Below the pieces are notes generated by a model. It was not told where the DNA came from. It did not search any database and was given only the letters and a program-made list of their open reading frames with translations. The translations under genes were made by a program, and so were the position numbers. From assembly GCA_964016885.1 (NCBI GenBank), contig OZ024745.1, positions 56,854,001 to 56,918,000 on the forward strand: a DNA stretch of 64,000 nt, written 5' to 3'. The DNA comes from Eledone cirrhosa (taxonomy: Eukaryota). Shown piece after piece: positions 14,801 through 28,565 of the stretch. Position 1 is the first letter of the stretch. Each line of letters starts with the position of its first letter.

Positions 14801-14845
14801 GAGAATGGCTCGTGCGAATGGGCCTACTCTGACCATGCACCTATA
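11803..14845 (+). pseudogene. LINE ORF2 (APE-RT-CCHC) with stops and frameshifts
   Basis: APE: LAGDWNG, SYIDRIF, YSDH (~12147), GYWKLN. RT: SPGLDGLPYE, FRPITLLNTEFKILAK, LDQSKAFDRVDH, VRQGCALS, AYADD (13546-13557). Knuckle CPRC..ETVLH...C (14431-14484). Confidence 0.92.
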
Positions 14846-15177
14846 GGCTAGCTAACTCGAGGAGTGTGATGCTCTCCCTGAGTGCCCTAGAAGTGCAGGG
14901 TGGTTCAGGATTGGTGAGGTACCCGAGTTACCCCAAGGTTGTCCACCCCCTATAGGGCAATTTATTTTGTTATATGTATGCATAGTTTATTTTATATTCT
15001 TATATCTTCATTGTTAAATTAGTCTTGCCATTGTGCACTTTTACTCGACCTTATTGTAAACCCCCACTGTCCCTGTCTTTGTATTGTCCCCTACATGTCG
15101 GCCCTTGTGGCTAATAAATGAAATCATTATTATCATTATTGTTATAAAAAGAAAATATTATTATTATAAATTTGTAT

Positions 15178-15361
15178 GTGGATTGGCAGTATCGGTAGAG
15201 GGTCGGACGGCATGGTTTGACGCATCGAGTTACGGCCCTTGCCATTCTGAGTTCAAATCCCACCGAGGTTAACTTTTCTTTTCATCCTTACGGGGTCGAT
15301 AAAATAAAGTACCGGTAATGCACTGAGTAATTTCTGGCTTTGTGCCAAAAACTAGAAACAA
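15178..15361 (+). mobile_element. Meta-domain SINE (short form) with TSD-like ATTATTATTATAAATTT
   Basis: A-box TGGCAGTATCGG, B-box GAGTTCAAATCC, Meta core; flanking direct repeat. Confidence 0.9.
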
Positions 15362-15821
15362 TTATTATTATAAATTTTTATTTTTTGCGCTTTAACTAAT
15401 TTTTTTTTCTGTTAATGCGTTTTTCCTTTTTTTTCCTTTTTATTTTTCGCTTCATATCTCAAATGTATGCTTGCAGTATTTTTTGTTATAATCATGTATT
15501 AAAAAAAGAAAATAATATCAACTAATAATCTATTCAGATATAAATCTTTCAAGGGAGCTATTTAGTCAATATCAGCAAGAGATTATCCGACCACCAACAG
15601 GTGTTTAGTAATTTTATTCACTGTATTTTATTGTCTTTTTATATTCCATCACATTCTCTATGGAATCATCATAAATATGTAGCCCCTCCTGATAGAATCA
15701 CCGCCAAAATCAACAACATAATTACCACTAAAACCAAAACTATAAACAAGTGCACATCAATACTAACACTGTTTTAAAAATGCACCGCATCATCATTGTC
15801 ATTATTATTATAATGAATTCT

Positions 15822-16640
15822 GCTAGATTGGCAGTATCAGTAGTGCATCAGAAACCAGGCTTCGCAGCATAGAGTCGTGACCCTTGACGTTCTGAATTCA
15901 AATCCTGCCGAGGTGAGCTTTGCCCTTCGTCCTTACGGGGTCGATAAAATAAAGCACCAGTAACGTACTGGTGTCGATTTAATCGACTTTCCCCTCCCCA
16001 CAAATTACTCGCCTTGTGCCTATACTACAAATCGGTAGAGGGTCGGACGCCATGCTTTCCAGCATAGTTACGTCCCTTTACGATCTGAGTTCAAATCCCG
16101 CCGAGGTTGACTTTGCCTTTCATCCTTACGGGGTCGATAAAATAAAGTACCAGTAATGCACTGGATATTTGCTGGCCTTGTGCCTAAAGTAGAAACAATT
16201 ATTATTATAATGAAGGGTGGAGGTTTGGCAGTATCGGCAGAGGGTCGGACAACAGGCTTTGCAGCACAGAGTTACGCCCCTTTCTGATCTGAGTTCAAAT
16301 CCTGCCGAGGTTAACTTTGCTTTTCATCCTTACAGGGTCGATAAAATAAAGTACCAGTAATGCACTGGGATAATTGTCGGCCTTGTGCCAAAAGTAGAAA
16401 CAATTATTATTATAATGAAGTCTGGTAGTTTGCAGTATCACTAGTGCATCTTACACCATGCTTCGCGGCATAGAGTTATGCCCCTTGACGTTCTGAGTTC
16501 AAACCCTGCCGAGATGAGCTTTGCCTCTCATGCTTACGGGGTCGATAAAATAAAGTAACAGTTACGCACTGGGGTCAATTTACTCGACTTTAACCTCCAC
16601 ACGAAATTGTTGACTTTGTGCCTAAATCAGAAACCATTAT
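15822..16640 (+). mobile_element. tandem cluster of four SINE copies (long-short-short-long)
   Basis: Units at about 15822, 16032, 16217 and 16423, each with B-box and Meta core; outer copies keep an extra GGTCGATTTAATCGACTT-like segment. Confidence 0.9.
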
Positions 16641-17238
16641 AATGATGTGTGGTAAGATGTTTACGCATGCACATAACAAACTACTCTCTTCCACTTCCGC
16701 TCTTAGATGCATATGCAACCTCACATGAGCGCGGACATTGTGCCGTTTTGTTTTTATTCGTTTTAAGAATTATATATCCAATAAAAATCAGTTAGTATTT
16801 TATGATATGTGCCAATGAAAACTTTACTTTTTTGTGGTAGTTACCAACTCCAAGTATTAATGTGGGGTGGTCAATAAACATATACATATACAACTGGTCC
16901 GAACACAATGAAACCAAACATCCACTGTCACTGCCACCGTGTCTCTCGCTCTCCCCATCTTTCACTATTATAAGCAAATTGGGCCCACGTGGTGGACGCC
17001 CATGGCCACGGCGAACAGAATTCCGGAGGATGGTGAGGGAGACGCGCTGAAACAGCCATTACAACTCGCGAGGCTCACAACTGAGGGAAGCCAACGCTGT
17101 ACCGAGAGTGGTGAGCAGGGATGTGTTCATAGGTCCAAGGACACCAGATGTCTCTACTGCTGCAGGTTCCACCGCAAACCTGTCGGAGAGCGAGCGAATT
17201 GATTCCACCTAAGAAGATTGTAAGTAACTTGAATTACC

Positions 17239-18339
<1,101 letters not shown>

Positions 18340-18342
18340 TAT

Positions 18343-18400
18343 ATATAAATACATAATCGGAGAAAGCTAAAAGCGATACTCCGGCCGAATTCCAACTCAC
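18343..18400 (-). mobile_element. inverted copy of family H 3' terminus
   Basis: Reverse complement of 18189-18245 across a (TA)n spacer. Confidence 0.85.
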
Positions 18401-19314
18401 TGCGCGCGCGTGTGTGTGTGTATTTGTGCACGTACAAATACACATGCGCACACTCATACACACACATGCATATATATTATATATATATATATATTCACAT
18501 ATAAAATATATATGCACGTTAGGCGTATTACTTTCAAGGGCGGTGCCCCTGCATGACCGCAGCCTGATGGCTGGAACATATAAAAGAGTAAAAGAATAAT
18601 ATCTATTATATGTGATGGTTCCTTTTGATGTTGCTGATAGTTTTAAGTTTTTACATATTGTTAAATAATGTAAACCTCGTTCCGCTCGCATGGTACCTTA
18701 TAAATATCTTTCTTTGAATTTTTCTTCTGACTCATTGGCCTTCTTACTTCTGAAAGCCCAAAATCGTTTGGCTATTTCCCAAAATGTTTGTACTGCTTAT
18801 AACTAGATCAGTTGCTAAGCTAACAAATATTACACTAGACGGTTGTTTTAGGTGTATCATAATAACATACATGATATTAACACGTGAAGGTTAAACCCTG
18901 AAAGAACAATAAAAACACATTTACGGAAATGTTTATTAGAAAAAGAATATCCTCCCTTCACAAATTCGTAAACATTTAAATACATAGCATCGCATTGATG
19001 AAAGATTTTTAATGTGCAATTATGTAATATTTCCTGAATGTTAAGTCTTAGTGAATCGTAATAATCTGACTCCATAGTAAAAGGAAATTATTCCATCGCA
19101 TCTTGAATAAGTTATTTAAGTTGTTCTATAATGACATTTTTTTCCGTTTCTGGGATCACACTGAATTTTTAAATGCAATGAATATTAAATGATAAAAAAT
19201 AGCAATATCTCAAACACATAGAAACACAGAAAGAGAGAAACAGAAAGACATATATATGTGTGTGCGTGTGTACGTGTGTGTGACTGTGTGCGTGTGTGCA
19301 CGTGTTTGTGTGTG

Positions 19315-19920
19315 TCACACAGCACAGAATACCAAATATTCATACTGTGGCAGGTCTTTCAGAGATCGTGGAAGTATTGCCAAAATGTGTATACTTCTTT
19401 TGTAGACCTTGAAAAGGCATATAGCCTCGTTCCACTGGATCAGTTGTGGTAGGTCCTACAGCAGTATGCGATCGTCATATAGCTTCTAGTTGCCCGGATA
19501 TCTCTCTCTATACAAATGTGTTTGTGTTTCCTTTCAAATAAATTAGTACGTGCAGCCGGGTATGAAATATTATCAAGACTGCTGTATATAGGAACAATCG
19601 GCTGGAAATTGCTGAAGGTTTGTTATTAATTTAATCATCAGAAGGTGAACTTCGGGATGCACTTGATAAATTTGCTGCCGAGTACTCCACGACTGGAATG
19701 AAAATCAGTACTGGGACGACTGAAATAATCGTCCTCTTTTATGACGTATGCGCAGTGCACTATATATGTAAAACGCTTTATGCTGGAGGAGATGAAGAAT
19801 TTCAATTATCATTAGATCATGTTCACAAATGATGGAAAGGAGGAGTCTTAATTAACTGAAAGACTTGCAGAAGCTTGTGCAGTAATGCGCCACCTTCTGC
19901 ATTCGGTCATCACTAGAAGG
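19315..19920 (+). mobile_element. degenerate RTE-clade RT fragment
   Basis: TEYQIFILWQVFQRSWKY..FVDLEKAY; LRDALDKFAAEYSTTGMKIST; MFTNDGK..RLAEACAVMR; internal deletions and stops. Confidence 0.8.
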
Positions 19921-21566
19921 TAGGTAGGTGTAAAGTGCGGAAGAAATTAAATGGTTTAACAATACATGCAATAATAAAAGCGCCCCCTTTATCCAATAAG
20001 ATTCTGTAAATCACCAGAGACTTATTTATTAGAGCACTAGATTTTACCAACCAAATCTACCCAAAATGTTGGTTGAACCATAAGCTTATAGTGAACGTGA
20101 GGAACGCTCTCCTTCACCCAGGACAAGTGTAAAAATGTGTAAAAATGTGTAAAAATGCCCGACCCAAGCAGAAATATACGATATTTGCCTAGGCTCGTTT
20201 GATGGAGAGGACGTATGGAATTTGCCAATATATTCTGAATATATAATACGACCTTAAATCATTCGTATGCTTCTCTCCATTGTTACTACGCCCTACGTCC
20301 TAGCCTACAATACGGACGGATATCCGAGAAACCGCTCTAAATTTCATATATGTAAAGAAAAACAGACAGAAAATTTAAAGAAAAGCGATTGACAGTTGTT
20401 CTGCATAAACCTTGGATCCAGCCAACCAATAATAGCTTTAAAAATCTAGTTAGAGGCATAAGTAGGTGAACTTTTAACCTTTCCTCAAGTAGAGATATAT
20501 TTAGCAAAGCTGCCCCCTCTACATCGAATCCCTAGAGGCAAAGGGGTTTTAAGTGAAAATGAGTTACAGCCATAGACCTACATAGCCAAAGAGAAATAGA
20601 AACCGAAATACAATATTGTTCATATCAAATTTCTCACTAAATGTCAAAACAAATCTCCTCAGACCATTCGAAACTCTAATAAACAAACACTTCCCTAGTA
20701 ATCATATGTACAGCAAGCAATGTTACAGGCACAACCTATCTTAAGATCAGCTTAACTCCATGAGCAACGTCAAAATATATTAACTAACAGACTCCATTAC
20801 CTACCTTAAATGAGTGCATCTGTAGCAACATTAGATAAAGAGTATAAAGCTGAGAAGGCTATATTTCATGAAGCAATAGGGAATGCAAAAAAAGAAAAAA
20901 CAGAGCACAACACCAGTCTCACGCCATAGGCCGGAATCAAAGAACTACAGTTCAAAGAGCGCTTTCTTAAACACTTGTCATCATTCGTTTATTGAGAGAC
21001 ACGTAACACAAAAAATTCTCCAGTTATTTCTGAAAATTGAAAGATTCTGTAGACCACGACATCACCTAGACGATTGCAGAAAGATGCAGACCTTATATGA
21101 AAGGAATCATGAATTTCCGACTCCACAGTGCTGAGATGTGGCTAATACGGAAGAGGTGATTTTACCTTAAACTCTGCCTTAATCCCGAAAGTGATCTATG
21201 GAAACCTTGTATGAACTGCCCCAAATTCGACCATTTCTTCTAGCCTATACATAACTAGTCGCCAACATCACACTAGGATTGCTCCTCCTCATACCCAATG
21301 GATAACTACGACAATATCAACAAACGCTAGGACAACTACGAGAAACGAAGGGATATCGAGTGAAAGATACATGCGACACAAAACTATTAAATCCCCCACC
21401 AAAATTTAGCCTCACGTAAATCAAAAAAAAAAATGTTTATACCAAATATTCTCAACACTAGAAATAAACAAGAACCGGAAGCATGTAGGACGCTGTGGAT
21501 TGTTGGTGCAAGCGACATTAATCCCCTACGATTAATCAGATAATTTAATATAATATAATATAATAT

Positions 21567-21749
21567 AATTGTTTCTACTTTTGGCACAAGGCCAGCAATT
21601 ACCCAGTGCATTACTGGTACTTTATCGACCCCGTAAGGATGAAAGACAAAGTTAACCTCGGCGGGATTTGAACTCAGAATGGCTAGGGCCGTAACTCAAT
21701 ACGTCAAAGCATGGCGTCCGACCCTCTACCGATACTGCCAATCCACCGT
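21567..21749 (-). mobile_element. Meta-domain SINE
   Basis: Reverse complement of the SINE consensus; flanked by TAATATAATATAAT on both sides. Confidence 0.9.
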
Positions 21750-24639
21750 AATATAATATAATGCGTGTACTTTTGATGAACATAAATATCATCACATTCC
21801 TGTCGCAATTTTCATTAATAAAAATCATTGCCGACTATTTCAATTGTCTAAGAAGCATCTTAGAAAAATATATTAACAAAGGAACAGGACAAATCAGTTT
21901 ATACTTGAAGAATTCACTGTGGCAGCGAATGTGCTAAAAAATATTATTCAATTGTCGACAAATTAGTCAATATCTTTTCGGCAGTTATAGTAAAGACGCT
22001 ATCAATGTTTACGGCACACGCGATCAGAATATTTTTCGACACGCAGTAGATGTCAAATAAAGACGCAGTTATATATACTAATGCAAAAACAACTCACTTT
22101 CAGGCCTCAGCAAATGTCTACCAAATTAGACACAGCTCTTCCCACATGCAACCTATATAATCCGGCAAGAAATTCAGTGTAGTCGCGTAGTGAATTCTCT
22201 TATATTACACATACTTATACAATTCTCTATGGGACACTATCACTTTCATTCATATATATATTATATATATATTATATATATATATATATTGGTGCAAAAC
22301 GCTTTGTTACCCATAGTAAGTGCTTTGCTGGATGAATGGAACTCTAGTTAAACTTCCAGATTCACTCCGTAGAATTTGCTAAACTATAACCACCTGTTCA
22401 AAGACGAAATACTGAAACTCTTAAAAGAATGCACTTAATTTTGTATTAAATGTCTTGATCTCTCTTTCGAATAATGTGTTCCTATCTTTTTCTTAGTTGA
22501 ACCGACTCTAATGAAATGCTGATTTCTTACATACATTACCAAGAATCGTATGCAAACGTACATTCAATTTCAATGGACAATAATTTATATCAGTTAGTCA
22601 TTTTTATTTTTGTTTAGGTGCAGAAGGTTCAACTTTCCTACTAATCACAACTTACTAGCTTAACAAGAATATATCTTTCAACTGAGCCATTTAGGTAATA
22701 TAAAATTTACCCTCACCACCATTATCGTCTTTATCAACAAATGATAAGAATTTACAAGAAACACACCTAGGAAAACAAACATTAAATTGTACTGAAAAGA
22801 GTTAATCAACACCCATTGGTGTTAGTAAGTATAATCTGTTTGTGAGATATTTCAAATTCCTAAATTGTTCTGTCGAGGGATATGTGTTAGATACGGCAGT
22901 AAGTTTTTACTTCATTGAGATTTGCATGATATTTCTAGCAAACTGATGGTTTGGTCATGTGGATGCCCTCATATTCGCTTACTCTCTCGATATATATAAT
23001 CCAATCTAGATGGTAGTGAGAGGCGAGACAATTAAAAACAGCAACTTACAATGCAAATAGAATTATTCATGCTGTTTACCTTCTGGTATTATTCCCATAT
23101 AACAGATATATGACCAAAGTTTGTCCAGCCTTTTTATGTGTATCTCTAGAAATACATGTTATAGGTACTTTTATGAATGAGACAGATTTTGCTGATATTT
23201 CTAACAGGAGGTGTAACAATCTACAGACTCCACAGTCAAACGTAGTTGAATATTAAATGATTATTGACAGGTACACTAGGGCATAACGGGAACATACAAA
23301 GTAATGTGATCTTTAATTCAATTGATTTGACTGTTGAAGATGACATTTCCAATAGAAATATGCAATAAAACTGCTAATTCTCATTTAGAATAAGCGTTGC
23401 AGCTATACGGTAACTTCTGTGCGTTCACACGCATTGATAGAAATAGAAGTGATATCACCCCGCTCCCCGATAAAAAAATATCCATAATACCTTTTTCATA
23501 TCTTGACTCTTCTGTGTTAAAGTCTTATTCATATTTACATATATTTTATTGGTTTTGCATATTTAAACCATATGAGAAGGTAGGAAATCAATTTAGGAAA
23601 TAGTATATCTAGCAAAAGAGGCAATCAATGAAACGCATGTTAAATGTTTTGTTGATAACAAAAAATGTGTTCGTTCAAAATATTAGATATTGCAGCCGAA
23701 ATTCACTCTAGCAACACTCTATCATCTTTAAAAACGATACATTAAAAATAATTGGAGACAACATTTCATTAGAGTTTCACTGGAATCGATCAGATTTGGC
23801 ACTAAATAACAACACTTGTAACAGGGTTTCCTCTGTTGCAATTATTTGAATTACCGTACTCTTGTTTTCTTCACGTGAATACAGTGAAGTGCATATTTTA
23901 CAGTTAAATTTGAAACTAATGATTTTAAATATATACAGGATAAACGTCTATGTCTTAAATCGCTATTATATATGTATCAATTTCTTCATCATCCTGAATT
24001 TCTTCATACCTGGAATTGCCTCAAATGTGCATACAACATTCCTTCAAGTATCAGTATATTTCTTATAAATATTAAATCAATTTTGGACTGTTTAATCAAA
24101 GGATATTTTATTTTATTTTATGTTACATTACGAGCTCTTCTCCGTCCTTCTAAATGTTTCTCTATATCGTGTGTATATTTCCATGGTGTTATAATAACGA
24201 GGAATCTAACTCTATCAAAAAACAATATATCGACTTATGCAACTGTCAAATAGAAACAGACTCCTTTATGTGTCAATATAGACTTTGCAATCCAGCATTA
24301 CTCTATAGATGTTTCAGAAGATTTGGCAAATATTGTAAAATGCTGGAGTTTCAGTTCTCCAACGAAACCAACTCATGATAATTTTGTTTTCCTCGTCGAA
24401 TTTCTATACATTTTACTGAAATTTATATACTATGTGGGTTCATTTGCACTATTGAAAATATCGGTCAAATTTATCTTAAATTAATTTGCTCTGTCATGGA
24501 AGTTTGTGTGAACACTGAATAATGCAGTCAGTTTTCACTGGTGGAAATTTGATAACAGCAAACTTAAAACAGAGCCAGCAGGCGCTAATTAAGAAATCTA
24601 GCATCGATTGGGATGGATGGGTGATGAAGAAGATTGAAA

Positions 24640-25170
24640 TGCTCCATATTGGGCCCTATGTTGTGGAGTTTGTCAGCTCCATCTATCTCGACTCCACTGT
24701 GACGCACAATGATGACATGACACTGGGGCTCAACTGCAGATACGGTCTGGCGGCCGGACTCATTCACACCCTATGGAAGCCCAATTGGTTCTATCTTCCG
24801 GAAAATGAACGCGTCGGTCCTCACCGTTCTCCTCTATAGAACAGAAAAGTTGCCCCATTAAGAAGATCCTGACGAAGAGAATCGATGGCTTTGAGAGCAG
24901 AATCCTTAGGATCATCAAGAACACCGGATAGGGCCACCAAATCTAAAAAGAAATGTTGCATGCGCACATGCATTACCCTGCAGCCACACACCTCGGAGCT
25001 ATGTACCGTATCCGCTGGTACAGATATGTCCGACACCTCCTGATATATCACCCTACGCAGACGGGCTAGCACAGGACCACCAGCGATGGAGGGTATAGAA
25101 TGATCTGGTCGACTCTGCCCACGATGACACCTCTGGGAGCATTGATACTGATCTCCTCGCGAAAGAGCAA
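24640..25170 (+). mobile_element. degenerate RTE-like LINE 3' fragment
   Basis: IYLDSTVTHNDDMTLGLNCRYGLAAG..LWKP and LTKRIDGFESRILRII resemble post-RT motifs (YLGS.., RIDAF..R.LR.I). Confidence 0.55.
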
Positions 25171-25582
25171 TAGATGTTGATACATATGAAGTTCTTCAAT
25201 TATGCTAAAATTATGCTACACCACATATTTGCCAAATCCAACTGAATTGCAGGGTAGTAATACATCTTTGCCAATGTAAACAGCTATTGACACAATCCGA
25301 AACAAGAACAATAATACAAACAACAAAAACAAAACTGATGAATATTATTTCATATTTTAGTTAGATATCTTTCACTATTTGAAAAAATATATATCAGTGA
25401 AGAGAGAATGTATGTTTAAAGAAAGGCAGCTACCTTTCTATACTCCACATAATATGTATTCTTTATTTACTTCTTCATTACACAAGCTTCAATGTCGACT
25501 AATATTACAACGTTCATTGTCATCGTAGTGGTGGTGGTGGTGGGATAACTACATCAGCAGCAGCAGGAGGCTAATAATAGCA

Positions 25583-25600
25583 GTGGCGGTGGTGGTGGTG

Positions 25601-25678
<78 letters not shown>

Positions 25679-25684
25679 ATGTTG

Positions 25685-25768
<84 letters not shown>

Positions 25769-25798
25769 GTAGTAGTAGTAGTGATGGTGGTGGTGGTA
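25583..25798. repeat. (GTA)n/(GTG)n microsatellite
   Basis: Directly visible. Confidence 0.95.
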
Positions 25799-27038
25799 CA
25801 TGAGGAAAGAAATGTTAAATGGGCTGGGTGTAGGCAAGATGATTTTACCGTAGCATTTAGGATAGAAAGCACCGACAATGAGAGTCAGTAGAAACGTACT
25901 GAATGATAAAAATAGCAAGGACATACACATATACAAAGGCAAACACAAAAACCCACAAGCACATGCACTATCAAACGCATTCATATATACACGCCCTCTG
26001 ACGAACAAGCACACACACATATATACAGCGTGTGTGTAAGACAGAGACATAGAGAGAGATATATATAGAAGATCGAGAAAACGAGAGTGAAAGAGATGGG
26101 GGGAGCAGCTTTAAATACCACAACAAAGAAAAATTCAGTGATAATAATGTTTACTAAGCCAGTCACTGTTTCATGTTTAAAACGGGGCCTTATAATCGAC
26201 TCCACTACTATACTAGATCATGATTTCATTCACTCCAGCTGGATGAATCGAAAAGTAACTAACAGCCATACAACATGGCGATTCGAGACACGGCGTAAAA
26301 TGACCGTAATCTATACTGGCTTCTGTGGGTTGCTCTGCCTATTCTAATATCTAACGACTTTAAATATGACAATGTTTAAAGTAGACAAAAGAATATATAT
26401 GTTGTGAATTAGGGTCATATTTGAGTATGCTGTGCTTAAATGTGATTAGTATTTATTTTACGGTGTTCGAGAAGATAAACTTCGCTTTACTGAGTATGAG
26501 TCTGCCATAGACTGACCATAATGCGACTAATAGATATACTGGTTTCTAAGTTAGTTACAATATCAACATTTTTTTAAGTGATAGGGATATTCGATTATAT
26601 AGACTCCATACGTTCCTGGTCCTTTTTTTTGTCGTCTGATTACACATGAAAAGCTACGTTTGAATTCAGAACATAAATGGCTGCTAAAAATATTGTTATT
26701 CGAGATTTTCGACTCTGCTATTACGAAACGAGAAACAAACCTATGAAATATTGAATCCACCCTACTGCTCTAACTCAAATAGCCATCATACATGATAAAT
26801 AAAAATAAAGAATAGACTAAAAAGCTGATTCTATTCCTTTATTTGAAGTATATCTTTTCCTAAAATTTCTCTGATAACATTTGTAATGGTGCACTCACCT
26901 AACGCAAAGCTGCTTGAAAATTGATCAAACTTGCCCTTCACACGCACACACAGACACACACGCACACACAGACACACTTACACACACACATAGACACACA
27001 GACAGTCATACATACACGAGCGAGCGCGCACAGACATA

Positions 27039-27089
<51 letters not shown>

Positions 27090-27202
27090 GTATACATATA
27101 TAAAGGTAAATGTGAGTTTGTTTATCTTTGTGCGTGTATGCCTGTATATAATATATAGTAATATAATATGATATAATATATATATACATATGTATATATA
27201 CA

Positions 27203-27386
<184 letters not shown>

Positions 27387-27391
27387 TATAT

Positions 27392-27641
27392 ACGTTATTC
27401 CGGGTTGAATCGGAGGTAACCACAGTAAGTAAGGTACTCAATACATAGCAGAGTATAACAGTTTCAATATAGATGAGAATCTACAGGACTAGAACTGTTT
27501 CATTCTTTAGATTCCTGATGATTTCTAAAGAATGAAACAGTTCTAGTCCTGTAGATTCTCATCTAAATTAAAACTGTTATACTCTGCTATGTATTGAGTA
27601 CCTTACTTACTGTGGTTACCTCCAATTCAATCCGGAATAAC

Positions 27642-27643
<2 letters not shown>
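27392..27643. mobile_element. family F symmetric fold-back hairpin in (TA)n with a hammerhead core at the apex
   Basis: Arms 27392-27511 and 27524-27643 are nearly complementary; loop contains CTGATGA (27515-21) followed by T-TTC-TAAA-GAA-T-GAAA. Confidence 0.8.
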
Positions 27644-27702
<59 letters not shown>

Positions 27703-27807
27703 TATTGTTATACTTTGGGAGGGTCATGTTGCCAATAAGAAACACACGCACCAGCTGTTTCACTTCAATTTATTATAATGAATTTATAATAAATTTATTA
27801 ATTTATA

Positions 27808-28320
27808 ACAGGTGAATTAGCTTACAAATTTAGAAGGGCCCTAAATAAACATAAACTCAATATTAAGATAGTAGAAAGACCAGGTACCTCCGTAAAAACA
27901 CTTATTAGCAAGACATACCCTTTCCAAAGACCCTCATGTATAGATAAGAAATGTATAACCTGTAAAATAAGCCCCCATATTAACTGTAAAACTAGAAATG
28001 TAGTGTATAGCATAAGATGTACTGAAGGACAGTGTAGAGACAAAAATATAGTGTACATAGGTGAGACAGCTCGTAGTATAGGAGAACGGATAAATGAACA
28101 CTGGCGAGACCTTCAAGATAGTAAAGAATCATCTGTACTCTACCAACATGCTAAAATAGAACACAATGGTAAATTAGAGAACATAGAAATAAAAATAGAA
28201 TCTACACACAGAAAAGACGCAATGTTTAGACAAATTACAGAGGTAATAAACATAAAAGAATTACAACCAAAATTAAATAGAAAATATGAGTGGAACAGCA
28301 ACATCACAACTTACAATTAA
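27808..28320 (+). pseudogene. PLE ORF C-terminus: Cys-rich linker plus GIY-YIG endonuclease
   Basis: Uninterrupted frame IVERPGTS..PSCIDKKCITCKISPHINCKTRNVVYSIRC..VYIGETARSIGERINEH..LYQHAKIEH..RQITE..LNRKYEW. Confidence 0.9.
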
Positions 28321-28520
28321 GGACAAAATGAAAACACACACACACATAGAACAAACAACCAACCAGTAACATGTAAATAAACAAATAAATAAATGAACAT
28401 AAACACACACAGACACCCGGATGTGGCGCATGCGCAGACTGAGCACACAACACAGACACAGAAACAAAATGGCGTAGAACAGAACAAAGGAGAGGCACAG
28501 AAACAAAGAAAGGAATCCCC

Positions 28521-28565
28521 AGTCACTGAAGATGTCATAGAGTGTGTGACGAAAGAACTATGACT
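28521..28565 (+). ncRNA. minimal type I hammerhead motif (family A)
   Basis: AGTCA-CTGAAGA-T-GTCATA-GAGTG-TGTGAC-GAAA-GAAC-TA|TGACT; 5-bp stem I, 6-bp stem II; further copies at 31217-31259(-), 32266-32309(+) and ~56955-56999(-). Confidence 0.75.

Larger units (their letters stand above)
10660..15126 (+). mobile_element. L1/Tx1-type non-LTR retrotransposon, decayed and internally deleted; 5' boundary approximate
   Basis: GC-richer island with ORF1-like region, AP-endonuclease motifs, RT motifs, C-terminal CCHC knuckle, and a 3' UTR ending AATAAATGAAAT(CAT/TAT)n. Confidence 0.92.

Noticed and set aside
15098-15115. TCGGCCCTTGTGGCTAA resembles the U2 snRNA 5' stem-loop (some Tx1 families target U2)
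   Set aside because: Only ~17 nt with mismatches and no other U2 sequence on either flank; better explained as the LINE 3' hairpin.
15822-16640. Repeat array superficially like CRISPR or a tRNA cluster
   Set aside because: Units are ~200-bp SINEs without unique spacers or a cloverleaf; eukaryotic context, no cas genes.
20000-21540. A/C-skewed block that may be an old retroelement; similar skew at 44600-45650 on the other strand
   Set aside because: No diagnostic protein motif recognisable by eye.
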